A DNA stretch of 64,000 nt from Paraphysomonas bandaiensis (Eukaryota > Protista > Chrysophyceae), in NCBI GenBank assembly GCA_965644295.1, contig CBFFRP010000352.1:124001-188000 (forward strand), written 5' to 3'. The notes under the pieces are model-generated. The model saw nothing but the letters and a program-made list of their open reading frames with translations, had not been told where the DNA came from and ran no database searches. The position numbers and the translations under genes were made by a program. Below, one piece after another: positions 24,351 through 36,204 of this stretch. Within the stretch, counting starts at the first letter, position 1. The number at the start of each line of letters is the position of its first letter.

Positions 24351-26187
24351 TGGATTTAGAATAAGAGCATATACAACAAGTTTAGAATTGTTGTTACGAT
24401 TATTTACTACCAGTTTAACAGTCATTGAATTATAATAATCCGTAGCGTACCATGGAGATATGTATCAGTGGTTAAGATGGTCCGCAATAAATATACCACG
24501 CTCTGACTGTTGCTTATACTAATTTCGAAATTAATATACATTGTGACGTGCGTTATTAATATTTTCTCATAATTTAATTGATGTTTCCTCATCTAGTCGT
24601 TCGTTAAATAGTTCAACTCAGGTACTAAAATTAAGAAAAGTTTATCTGCGCTAAAGCCATTGAAGGTCCCGAAACTCAGTGTAGCCAAGTTTTTACCGTG
24701 ATGTTTACATCTACTGGTTTTCTATTTCTCACTATCAAGAGTCAATGAACCTTCATACATGGATAGTGGTCAGCGCAATTGCCACGTCGGATAGTGAGAT
24801 TAGAATCGACTGATAAATAGGATGGAAAATAGGCAATACGGGATTCACACATCCGGTATATATATATATCGACATCTACGTCTTTCTCTGTCGACATTAT
24901 GGTATATTCGAAATTTAACTAGTAAAATTGGTGATATAACGACCTCCTTTATAACTAAATGTACTATTCGAAGTGAATTTACTATTCCCTGCAAACAACT
25001 ACGACACAGAAAGCATTTTAGGAAGCAGAGATAGTACTCTAGTTATTATGGCCCGCAACTATTAGCCCATCGGCACAAGTTGTCGCCCATAAGTATAAGC
25101 CGTTGACCTCCTTTCCATACCACATGCAGACTAAAAAAATTTCGGGTTAGGAATATATTATACTGCTTCTTCACAGATTCGGAGTTTTATAGCACTGGGA
25201 GCAACAGCAGCAAAACACCCGTGATCGGGGTACCATGAAGCCACACAAGTATACCCGTCCATGACTATATATCCAGGAATAATCTTTAGCAATATCTACG
25301 TAAACCGTCGTAGTTCATATAAGAATAACATAGTTCTATTCCTCATTTGCAGAAATCGTGTCCACAATTTCGACTGTTGGTTTTACAATACCCAAACCTA
25401 TCTCTTCATATTTTTCACACCACTGCGCGTTATTCAAGTAAACAGCTGTCGTTAGTTTAGTATACCCCCTGCTTCATTCATCACTTACTCGATTTCAATT
25501 AGGACATCTTTTTTCCAACAGACGTGTCACAATTAAGCACAGGCTGTGCCCCTACTGACACACACAAGTTACTGATATCATCAATCAAGTCGTCAATTAG
25601 AGGAGACATATCACTGATATCCATACCGCGTATGACTTATCGAGATTGTGAATGTCTTATCTGCTGATTATCCAACAGTTTCTCAATACAGTCAAGAAAG
25701 TGACTTTGCTGGGTTATAAAGTGTTCACGCAATGATGTGGATATCATCTGTGAGGATATATATTGCTGTATCTGGATATGTGTGTAGATATGCTGCAGAT
25801 AGAGCAGTGGAAAGCATGATGTGGATACGAAGTATACCGTATATACCTGGACCTCCTATACATGGAATACAGGAATATATACAGCATATCTACAGTGTGG
25901 ATATTATGCTTCTTCTTGTATGCAGAGTGTGTGTGTATCTGTATGCTGCACTGTGTCGAGAGTACTCCTCATTTTGTTATGTGTTGAGTGTATAGATAGC
26001 ATGGAAAGGTTCTGTTAAGGACACCATCACATTCCCTGTTATTGAACAGTTGCTTCATTCCCAATAGTCGTATATTGTTGCTACTATTATCCCGCTACGT
26101 TTTCTTCGTACCAGGCAGTTAGTTAGCTGCCCACACGTTCTGTTTGCAGGTGTGCCTCAGTCGGGGGGTTATTTCTCCCACACGAAC

Positions 26188-27137
26188 ATGTCAACGACCA
26201 CACTAGTGAACGAATTTATTCACTCTTCTCAAAGTGAATTGAACACCACGGGATGCAAATTGGCCATGGTTATACTAAACTCGCCAACACTTAAAGTCGA
26301 TCTGGTGAAGAGGTGCGTGAGGCCCTCGATATGATGCTGTTGACATTTGTTATTAGACTATGGAACAATGCAGAACTACGTTTTTGCGCAGACGGCGGTG
26401 CTAATCGCCTTCACGATAGTCTTCCTGAAGATGAGCGCTCCGCCATGCTACCGCACTCCATTATCGGTGACCTAGACTCAATTCGCCCTGCTGTTGCGGA
26501 TTACTATAGGTTTTTTACCAAATGGTGTGCTCGTTTGATCTAATTTACACATTACTGTAGATCCCGTGGTGTATGTGTGCGCTGCATTGAAGACCAGAAC
26601 GAAAATGATCTTGACAAGACGGTATCCGGCATCTTGGAAGTGGTGCAGGAACGTGAACAAGCGGCCAGAGAGTGGACGGTTGTTGTACTGGGGCCTTTCG
26701 GGGGAAGAATGGATCAAGAGCTGGCCGCCATCCACTCCTCTTTTAAGTGGTACGCATCAGATTACTTATGTAGTATCTTAATAACATGCGGCAGGATGGA
26801 TACCTTTCAGCGGCTAGTACTCCTAAGCGACGAAACTGTGGCTCATGCTCTCTCCAGTGGTACTTCTTCCTTGCTGCTTCGACGAGGCGTGGAGGGTCCT
26901 CATTGCGGGATATATGCTCTTGTAGAGCCGGCAGTTGTTTCCTCTAAGGGACTGGTCTGGAACATGCAAGACACTTCTCTGGCCATGGGTGTTACATGCT
27001 CCTCCTCCAATCAAATAGATTACACTTGTAGAGATGACGAGACGATAGACTCTCCTCGAAGCAGTAATAGTGTGCATACTGTCACTATAAGCACAGACCG
27101 TCCGATATTTTGGACATGTTCACTATTTGGGGAATAA
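26188..27137 (+). CDS. TPK1: Thiamine pyrophosphokinase (spliced)
   Basis: VILNSP, CADGGANRL, IIGDLDSI, DQNENDLDK, GGRMDQ, SKGLVWN, SSSN motifs across short-intron exons. Confidence 0.92.
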
Positions 27138-27520
27138 TATAGATGGTTTTAGAGTTAGTGTGTTATATTTTGTTGCTCTTAGTTTTTGCTGTGGAGTCCA
27201 TTCTGTCAAGAGACTGCGGCGGTACCAGCGCCCGCGAACAAGAGAGGTGAATTGAATTTTTACTGCCTGTTAGTGCTAAATACTCGCTGTTTTGCCTTAT
27301 TGGTTTCATCCTCTTATATTACCACGCTGCATCAGGTGAAAGAGCTGAAGTATTGAGATATTGGTATTGTTGTCTTTGGGAGTGAAGAACACCTTTTAGA
27401 TACGCGTTATTGATATTATACGTCATTGAAGCAGCATTCTATCACACTTGCATAACAATTTAGTATTCACTATGCTTTAATGGTGTTAATAGTTACGTAG
27501 TACGTAGTGGTAATAAAGGC

Positions 27521-27609
27521 CTGGACCTGGTAACCGTTAATGGAAATGCCATTATAATTGCCGGGAACTGGACTACCATTAATGGGCCATTAGTGGTTAC
27601 CAGGCCCCG
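27521..27609. mobile_element. 89-bp hAT-type MITE
   Basis: Imperfect ~23-bp TIRs (CTGGACCTGGTAACCGTTAATGG / CCATTAGTGGTTACCAGGCCCCG) with 8-bp direct repeat ATAAAGGC at 27513-27520 and 27610-27617. Confidence 0.7.
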
Positions 27610-28074
27610 ATAAAGGCCCGTTGTCTGTACTCAGTAACTGTCATAGTAGCTTATAGTACAAAGGTACAAAGGTTGTCAAGCAATATTGAGTAAGCATTAC
27701 TGAGTACACTAGATATACTACTACATAAACAGTATATCCTTTCCGCACATACTTCAATACTTATATGTTTTGAAGTTGAACAATTTTAGTTTTTTCTATA
27801 TATTACAACAATTCTCCTGACGATCAATTCCTGTTACAACAGTTAATGATTCAGGAGGTGAGAATAAATATATGAAGTCTTTAGCAACTTTTTATAGAAT
27901 ATTGAGCTAAAGTGTTGGTTGTTGTACTGTCATTGACTGCTGCATCTTGTTTAATACGTTATATTAGACCCTATACTCATTACTTGCCTAATGCTAATAA
28001 TAAAACATTCACTACTACCCTGCAGTCATATTATTTCAACAACTATAATGTAGTTTTCAACATATACATGGATG

Positions 28075-28381
28075 CCCTCAACAAAGTCGGACTCGCACTT
28101 TTTTGTGACATTCTGGGGGATAAGTACCGAAGATATTTCTCCGGGAAAATAAAGTGAGCTGCATACTAGACAGCAGATAAGTTCTTCCCACTCATAGCCA
28201 AATGCTAATGTGGTACAAGAAGGTACACTTATATCTTATATAAGTGTCAATTGTATATACGTCTTTGAGCATTGATGAATAAACAATAAACAGACATCGA
28301 GGAATGGGAATAGCTAAATTGAAATGCTACACTAGTTCTGACTTGTAAACGCCTATTGCTTATAATAAGATATTTACTACT
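28075..28381 (+). mobile_element. SINE-like repeat, copy 3 (internally deleted; head plus extreme 3' tail)
   Basis: CCCTCAACAAAGTCGGACTCGCAC head and AACGCCTATTGCTTATAATAAGATATTTACTACT tail. A separate tail remnant lies at 27986-28017. Confidence 0.8.
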
Positions 28382-29210
28382 GATATATAGAAACTAGTTT
28401 TGACTAAATCATAGGTAACTGTCATATAATTAAGTGCAAGTAGAGAATAACAAATATAATTTGAAATTAATCCAAAGCGTAATATTACTAATTCATTCCT
28501 TTTGATCATCAGATTGCTGCAATATGTATTGCCAATCACATAAAAAATATTGCAATAGTCTTGACACGATACGGACGAGTTCTACGTTCTACTATTGCAG
28601 CATTTACTTCTTTCCTATCATGATAAAACTGTACGGGTAAACACAAACCATACTTCTTTCACTAACAACTACATATATTTTGGTAAATATCATTAATATA
28701 TATATCAATGTGAGTACATATGATTAGTCAACGTTACGCACATAAATAATGCTTATATTTATACAGGCTCACCAGTAACCACAGTTACATTAGAAAAGCT
28801 CACACATGTATATAAGCTACGGAGGATTTTGACTAAATAAGTCCGAAAAGACCAGTTGCATAACTTCTAAATGTGAGCGCACGCCTTCTAAAAACTAGTG
28901 CTCTGCAGTTGTAAATCATGGCGTATTCTCGTATATAGCTAACATCACGTATACTTCTCGTATATAGGTAACATCACGGTTTGTGTATCGATATGACTGC
29001 AATCACGATAATTAATATATAATAACTATTAGACAATTTAAAATCACTAAACATGATCACAGGGGTGTCAAACATACGTAAATTTCATGTAGTCAAAAGA
29101 ACAACATGTGCAAACGCAATAAAATAGTGAAGTGCATACAAAATATGCATTAGTGACAACAATCATCACGAGGCCTCGAAATTGAAACCAGTTGATGATG
29201 ACACATTACC

Positions 29211-30454
29211 CTACTGAATTGTATATTTTTTGACTTCATCTCTGCTCCATTGGAAAAGTTTCCGCGTCAGTGTGTCATCGCTAACCACTTTGTCTGGGGT
29301 GGATCGGTGGAAACCATAGGACGTATTTTGAAAAGCTATAACCCATGGAATTGCTATACATCCTACAAAAACTGCTCGTAGTCCCAAACCTACCGCTATC
29401 TTGAATAGCACAGATCCCAGATAGTTATCAGTCCATATGTTGTAGAAATTGGTCATGAGCTTGCAATTGCTGAATGTTTCAGGCGCAGCGAGTAGGCAGT
29501 GCATAGGCGTATATGCCGCAGCAGATGGAGTGAAAAACACTTTCCGGAGCATATTTCCAATCGGCGAATGAGGAAGCATTCCTGTAGCAGTAAAACCAGG
29601 ACATGCGCAAAGTACCTTGATATCCCCCCGTCCCTCACTTTCCAGCTCCAGTTGTAGCTCCTTGGCATGCATGATTTGCGCCAACTTGTTGTTCCCATAA
29701 GCGTTCAGGAAATCCCCGACAGACTTAGCAGGCTGGCTAGCAGAAGGAATAGGGCAAGGGTGAAGAGCAGATCCATCAACAGTTAAATGGGCGCTGCTAG
29801 CAATGTTAAGTATACGAGAACCGGGAGTCCTCTTTAGTACAGGAAGCATTAGATCCGACAAGAGGAAATGACCAAGGTAGTTGGTTGCAAAAGCAAGGTC
29901 ATATCCCTGCTTACTTACTGGTGGATCAGCAGGGTCAAACTTCATATTATCAGGTAGGTATATTATTCCAGCGTTGTTAACAAGAAAGTGCAACTGGTTG
30001 TACTCGCCACAAAACCACTTCGAGAATGCTACAACTGAACTCATATCTGAGGAGTCCAGCACCTGCTCATTGCACACAATCAATTGACCCTTAGATTTTG
30101 GACATTCACGAGATATGGAATCCACGGTGTCCACAATCTTGTTGTATGATCGAGAGGCGACTATCACAGTAGCTCCCAACTGATAACACACATATGACCA
30201 TCAAGAAAATATTAAAAATCAAACACACTCACCCTAAATAACTCGAGAGCGATTTGTTTGCCTAACCCAGATGTACTTCCTGTGACGACTGCTATCTTAT
30301 TTTGGAGAGGGAATTCACTGTTAGTCTGATATCTCTCCTGTGCGAGCAGCAATATCTTTTGGCGTGGAAATGAGGCCTTTGGTGAGCTGAATATTCGAAT
30401 GATAGCGGCCAAAGAAGCAATCGCAGAAGCGAGCAAAGCTATGATCAAAATCAT
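29211..30454 (-). CDS. Short-chain dehydrogenase/reductase (retinol dehydrogenase/WWOX-like), one intron
   Basis: N-terminal TM; AVVTGSTSGLG, LVNNAG, FATNYLGHFLL, catalytic YGNNK. Confidence 0.9.
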
Positions 30455-30823
30455 TGTTTGATTTAATGAACAAATTGCTATGAAGAAAGGTACACACTTA
30501 AGTGAATTATATTCAGCTTCCCAGTGCTGATATACTCTGGCCTGCATCTATCTACTCATACTCACTGGGATATCCTCCTAGATGCGTACCTACCTACTGT
30601 ACCTGCCTACAAACTAGCAGGTATACATACATGCATACGTACATAGAGCAGTACACAGTACTGCTGTGCATATAACCAGCCTGCGTACCTACCTACTTCA
30701 TGCTTTGTGCATACTGCTGTGTAGGTACTATTACTGCTTGTTGTGTTTTAATGCCCGTTTCAAAGTGTTCTTGAAATACATGTAACATCGTGAATAAGCT
30801 TGTGGAGTTTATGATTAGCGTCA

Positions 30824-31423
30824 ATGGGTGCAACAGATAGTCAATTAGGAGTGTCTGCTATGGCAGATGTCTCAGACATCAATAGAGATATTGTCTTATC
30901 GCTGCGATGGAATATTCGAGATGTACTCGAAGAAGCGGGAATAAATACAAGACTCATCTCGAAAGAACTATTTGATAAAGTTTTATTACGAATGGATATG
31001 TTATCCCATTATGATATTGAGATATTATGTGCCCTCTTTGACATGCATGATGTTAACGGAGTCCGACAAATAGATTACCAAGATTTACTAGTTGGACTTT
31101 GTATCCTTGTACCTGGGAGTGTAATGGACAAACTTCTGCTTGCATTCGAAATATTTGATGAGGCGGTGACCGCGAAGGCTGGATATGTGAAATCTGGGGA
31201 GATGAAGAAAGTTTTGACAGCAATTAATAATACTATTTTGTATTTTGGAGACCGAGCATTAAACTCAGTGCAGCTCAAGGAAATTGTTATAGACATTTAT
31301 AAGAATGCATCGAGTCCCGCTGCGCCCCTGTCGTATAAAGAGCACATTAAGGATATTCTGGCACACAAACGCTTTAAACTGCTTTTGGAAGGCAAAGGGA
31401 ATCTGCAATTTGGTGTTGGGTGA
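30824..31423 (+). CDS. EF-hand calcium-binding protein (calcineurin B/NCS-like), N-myristoylation motif
   Basis: MGATDS start; LFDMHDVNGVRQIDYQD and DKLLLAFEIFD..GYVKSGEM EF-hand-like loops. Confidence 0.8.
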   Translation: MGATDSQLGVSAMADVSDINRDIVLSLRWNIRDVLEEAGINTRLISKELFDKVLLRMDMLSHYDIEILCALFDMHDVNGVRQIDYQDLLVGLCILVPGSVMDKLLLAFEIFDEAVTAKAGYVKSGEMKKVLTAINNTILYFGDRALNSVQLKEIVIDIYKNASSPAAPLSYKEHIKDILAHKRFKLLLEGKGNLQFGVG

Positions 31424-32168
31424 TCACTGTATAGATATTGAAATACATACTTATTTTTTGACGTATTTATCATACTTGACTGAATCAGTTTTGTTTATAT
31501 TGTAACCACGTAGCAAAGTATTAATTTGTTTATCTTCGAAGAAGACAACCCAGTTTTACTTATTGAGGTAATTCGGGTGAATTAAGATAGTGCGATTTTC
31601 GCGTGAGGAATGTGATTACGATGTTGCGTCTTGCATTGAATCTCAGTATCCAAGCGACAAAGAATAACAATGCGTACGTGTATATACCTATCAGGGATAA
31701 GGAAAAGCTATTGCAGTGGTATTGTTTGTGTTGATAGTTTCTATACTATTAAAACAGGTTTTCAATGTACTCAAAATAAATAAAAATTATAATTATTGGA
31801 ATATATTGACGATAGTATAGCGGATCATAGGTATTGATTCCTTCATAACTTCACAAGAAATATGTGAAATTACTTGCTTATTTAAATAGAAACTTCTTTC
31901 GCTGTATCCCCAAATTGCAAATGCAATGTTGGAAATTGCGCATTCTTAACTAGATCCCAAGAGAATTTGTCGTTAGACTAGATAGATTTATTTATATCGT
32001 TACACGAAATTGTGATAAACAACACAAACTCATTTTGTTCCACGCATAATCTCCTACATATGCGAGCCTCTCGTTACTAAACATATCTTGAAAGATCAAA
32101 CTATTTCAGTTTCTCAATATCATCACAGCATTTGTACATCACTGTATTCTCGTACAACGACATACTGA

Positions 32169-32828
32169 ATTCAATAAATGACGAAACGAACTTATTCTGG
32201 TTGCACAGTCTCAATCACACCTGAAGCCGGATACCTCACTAATTATGTGGAATGCCTTACTGATATCCAAACAGCAAAGGCAGTATCTACTATGACTTCT
32301 TCAGGTCATGGAAGACTAGGTATAATCCCCAAATGCAAAACGAAACAAACTTCGTTTGTGATCAAGAAGCCGAAATGGGAACCCTTGATTCTGGTTGCAC
32401 AGTCTCAATCACACCTGAAGCCGGATACCTCACTAATTATGTCGTATGCCTTACTGATATCCAAACAGCAAAGACAGTATCTACTATGACTTCTTCAGGT
32501 CATGGAAGACTAGGCATAATCCCCAAATGCAAGCATGTGGACCAGGTTTCTAGAACACTCGTTTCCATCAATCAACTAGACGACCTCGGACACGAAACCA
32601 TATTCAGAAATTAGTCCGTAAAGATACTCAAAGATGGTATACTTATATCCAAAGGCCAGCGAGTTGGAAGCCTATATGAAATTTCACTATCGGACCTCGG
32701 TACTCCTATTGACGAATCCCACCTTGATTCAACTGCATCTGGCCCACTCGCAACTCTAGCACATAAGAGATTGGCGCATTCTTCAATTGGACTCATACAG
32801 AAAGCTGTACAGTCAAAATTAGTAACGG
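32169..32828 (+). mobile_element. Ty1/copia pol fragment (protease to GAG-pre-integrase), partially tandem-duplicated, inverted relative to the adjacent copy
   Basis: LDSGCT protease motif, LVSINQLDDLG, GSLYEI, AHKRLAH; 32169-32338 is a deleted duplicate of the segment that follows. Confidence 0.8.
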
Positions 32829-34264
32829 GCAGTTGAAGCAAGGTGGGATTCGTCAATAGGAGTACCGAGGTCCGATAGTGAAATTTCATATAGGCCTCCA
32901 ATTCGCTGGCCTTTGGATATAAGTATGCCATCTTTGAGTATCTTTACGGACTAATTTCTGAATATGGTTTCGTGTCCGAGGTCGTCTAGTTGATTGATGG
33001 AAACGAGTGTTCTTGAAGCTTGGTCCACATGCTTGCATTTGGGGATTATGCCTAGTCTTCCATGACCTGAAGAAGTCATAGTAGATACTGTCTTTGCTGT
33101 TTGGATATCAGTAAGGCATACGACATAATTAGTGAGGTATCCGGCTTCAGGTGTGATTGAGACTGTGCAACCAGAATCAAGGGTTCCCATTTCGGCTTCT
33201 TGATCACAAACGAAGTTCGTTTCGTCATTTATTGAATAGCCGACTCCTCCAAAGTCTCGTCCTTTCTGTTGTAGTTGACGAAGGACCACTGTCTTCATAA
33301 TCTGCGAATTGGTCGCAGTCGTCGTTTTAGGTGCTCTGATGAGTCTGGAATCTAACTTTCTTGATTTTCCTACTGGTTGGTTTGGTTCCAGAGGAATTCT
33401 TCATCTGTTGGATCCTTTCCCTGGAGTGCTTGCATTCTGAAGCGATGTGTCCTTTTCCATCGCATCGGAAACACTTAATGTCTTTGTCAGCTCTCTTGTC
33501 ATGTTTCGGTTTATTGGAACGGTTTCTGAAAGATGTCCCCTTTTTGCGCTTGGAATTCACTTTACTTCTGGAAAATGGGGGTTTTGAAGCTGCAAGCTGA
33601 ATACTGTCGGTTTTTGTTTCGTTGCTTGACAAGAGCATTCCAACAGACGAGCTTCCTAATCCGCGTAGTCTGCTCTGCGTATGAGTGTTTTGTAGTCATC
33701 GATAGGGTGCATCTGCAGGTTGATCGCCAGTTCTCGATACGTCATATTTTCTTTGGATACCAGGCCTTGTCGAATGCGTGAGATAAGATCTTGATCACTT
33801 ATCCGATGACCATAATTAATCAGCTTGTTTCGGAGCCTTTCGACCGCTTCAAGAAAGTTGATTATCGACTAACCTTTTTTGATTTTTATGCTCTGGAACT
33901 GGCCAATCAGATCGGTGATTACGTCATTAGTCGTTTTCTCCAAAATCCCTTCAGCCTCTTCATTCTGACCAATGATAGAGCTTGTAATGACTGACCATAG
34001 GTAGTTATTACCTTCATCATCATATCGTTTCGCATCCTGATACTGTTCGAGTCGATATTGGTAGTCCTGCTTCAGGCTCGATTGGGTGATCGTTCTGTAG
34101 AGTATACGATCTTACGCTTGCGATAGAACCGTGCGCGGCACTTCTTCTGCTACCTGGAGAAGTTCTTCTTATAGAATTTCGGCATTGAATCTTTTCGCTT
34201 GTCGGTTGTCGAATCCGAATCGGTTGAGTCGTAACTTGTAACTTTAACTGACATCTCGCTACCA
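32829..34264 (-). mobile_element. Degenerate Ty1/copia 5' half (PBS-gag-protease)
   Basis: Gag-like MPKFYKKNFSR*, zinc knuckle CFRCDGKGHIASEC, protease LDSGCT, multiple stops. Candidate PBS TGGTAGCGAG at 34255-34264 (minus). An AT-rich possible LTR lies at ~34265-34612. Confidence 0.8.
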
Positions 34265-34641
34265 AATAAAGAATTGATCTTAGTAATAGTAAAACAATGT
34301 TGTGATTATTAGAGTGTAAAGTGATAAACACAGTAGAGTGAGAATTATGAATAACAACATAAAACATAACTATCATGCACAACGGAATAGTTAGAAGTGT
34401 AACTGATAATGACGACGCTATGATGACGATTATGTATCTTCAACAGATACTCTCTCTAATTCAGTTCATGATATATTTCATTGAACATTATAACTCACAG
34501 ATGTAATCTTGTATTAATCTGAATCCTAATAGCTATGAGTTTAGTACACACATAACGACGAAGAATCACATGGGTCGATATGTGTGTGTGTTTAGCATGA
34601 GTCTATCTCACAATCAAATTGACTTGGCTTCTCGTATTTAC

Positions 34642-34861
34642 TCCCTCAACAAAGTCGGACTCGCACCTTTTCGTGGTTCGTGGTGTTCTGGGGGATAAGT
34701 ACCGGAGAGATTCTCTCTGGGAAACTAACGTGAGCCGCAAACATAGTCAGCAGATATTTTACTGCCCACTCATAGCCGAATGCTTGTGTGGTACAAGAGA
34801 CACCAAAAAGTGTCACTTGTGTAGACGTCTTTGGGCCCTGACGAATAAACAGGCATCTGGG
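34642..34861 (+). mobile_element. SINE-like repeat, copy 4 (5' part)
   Basis: TCCCTCAACAAAGTCGGACTCGCACCTTTTCGTGG.. head, aligning to 20495 onward. Confidence 0.85.
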
Positions 34862-34873
34862 ACCTCTGAAGGG

Positions 34874-34909
34874 TAAATATTGACGGATGAGTAGTATAAT
34901 ATACCACAG
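34874..34909 (+). repeat. 36-bp sequence, perfect inverted partner of 40392-40427
   Basis: TAAATATTGACGGATGAGTAGTATAATATACCACAG is the exact reverse complement of 40392-40427. Confidence 0.85.
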
Positions 34910-36204
34910 CAATGCCATCAGTCATTGTACTTATGTATTTATAACATAACATTTGTGTGTCATACATAAAGCCATCATAAGCTTCAATGTAGTGAATGAA
35001 ACTCAAGCACATATAAAACTATTTGCAAGTTAAAACTATCTACTCTAGGTCGCACATAACAAACTCTAGGTCGCTGAGAGCGTTCTATTAAATAAGCTGA
35101 TACAAAATTGACATTGGTCGTAACCATTACTAGCATGTGGTCTTCATATACGCTACCCGGATGACATCATGATCCTTAGTGTGTGGATACAACCAAACAC
35201 TTTTAATTTACTAACAAAGTAATTCTAGTTGGATACACCTCTCTCAATTAGATTTACTTATTCAGTCAAGTATCTGTGATTGCCTGTAAGACATAATAAT
35301 ATTTCATATAATATAAGTATACTGTATTATCGTGTATAGAGTATGAAACTACTGTATTGTGTTGTCGGTAACAGTACACCACTTTATTAAGAAGTTCAAA
35401 CTGTTGAGGTGATATAATCACGCGCTACACAATTTGCCTCTCTACCAAATTGCTACGACCAAGTGCTAAATAACGCAACACAATCTAGTTAGCTACCTGC
35501 GCATACAACAGTTGCGGTCTCACATGAGTAAATTTGCACAGTGATGCATGCAAAATCTTCTTCAGATTCAAGCACAGCAGTTGTGTGAACTAGTGATCAG
35601 TTCCGGAACTGTAAAGGAAAAAAAGAGCTTATAAAAAATCTAAAGCCGAATCCTTGGGTTGGAGTGGTGTTGAGCTCAAGGTTGATCTGTGTTCTCTAGT
35701 CACAGCTAAGAGCTTCGTCTCGGGTTGTTACAGTAGGGCAATAGTCATATATGGATGTGCTCTACATATACGGAGATGAGGAAGAAATGATACCAATACC
35801 ACACACCATACATGGAGCGTATTATACGCATACAATAATGATTACTGAGCGATAGGAGTGATGTATATGGTGCACTTAAGATACAAATCTTTCTGTGATA
35901 TGCTGCTTGGAATATGTACATGTATAGATTGCACTGTACATGTATTTTTACTCCGAAATTAGGATATTTTGGAATTTTTCCACATGAAAAATCATAATAT
36001 GCAGAGAAACCTGTGTAGGAATTCCTACGAAGTAGTTGTGTATAATTACAGTAGTGGGTACCACAGTACACCATACAGGTCTAGAGGTACAGTAAAAAAT
36101 CAGCCGGCGATGTAGCGATCGATATTTCTAATTTGAACGCTGAGCACAAGCAGCGATGGTTGTCTTCACCAAACGAAACACTCTCAAAGCTTCTTCGAAC
36201 TGTA

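Noticed and set aside
32609-32953. Shared in-frame TAG in both copia arms as evidence of stop readthrough or an alternative genetic code
   Set aside because: Host genes in the window end normally at TAG, TAA and TGA, and the element has other lesions; duplication of a dead copy is simpler.
34836-34861. CTGACGA in the SINE body as a hammerhead ribozyme core
   Set aside because: No consistent stem II followed by GAAA and stem III across copies, and the motif is mutated in other copies.
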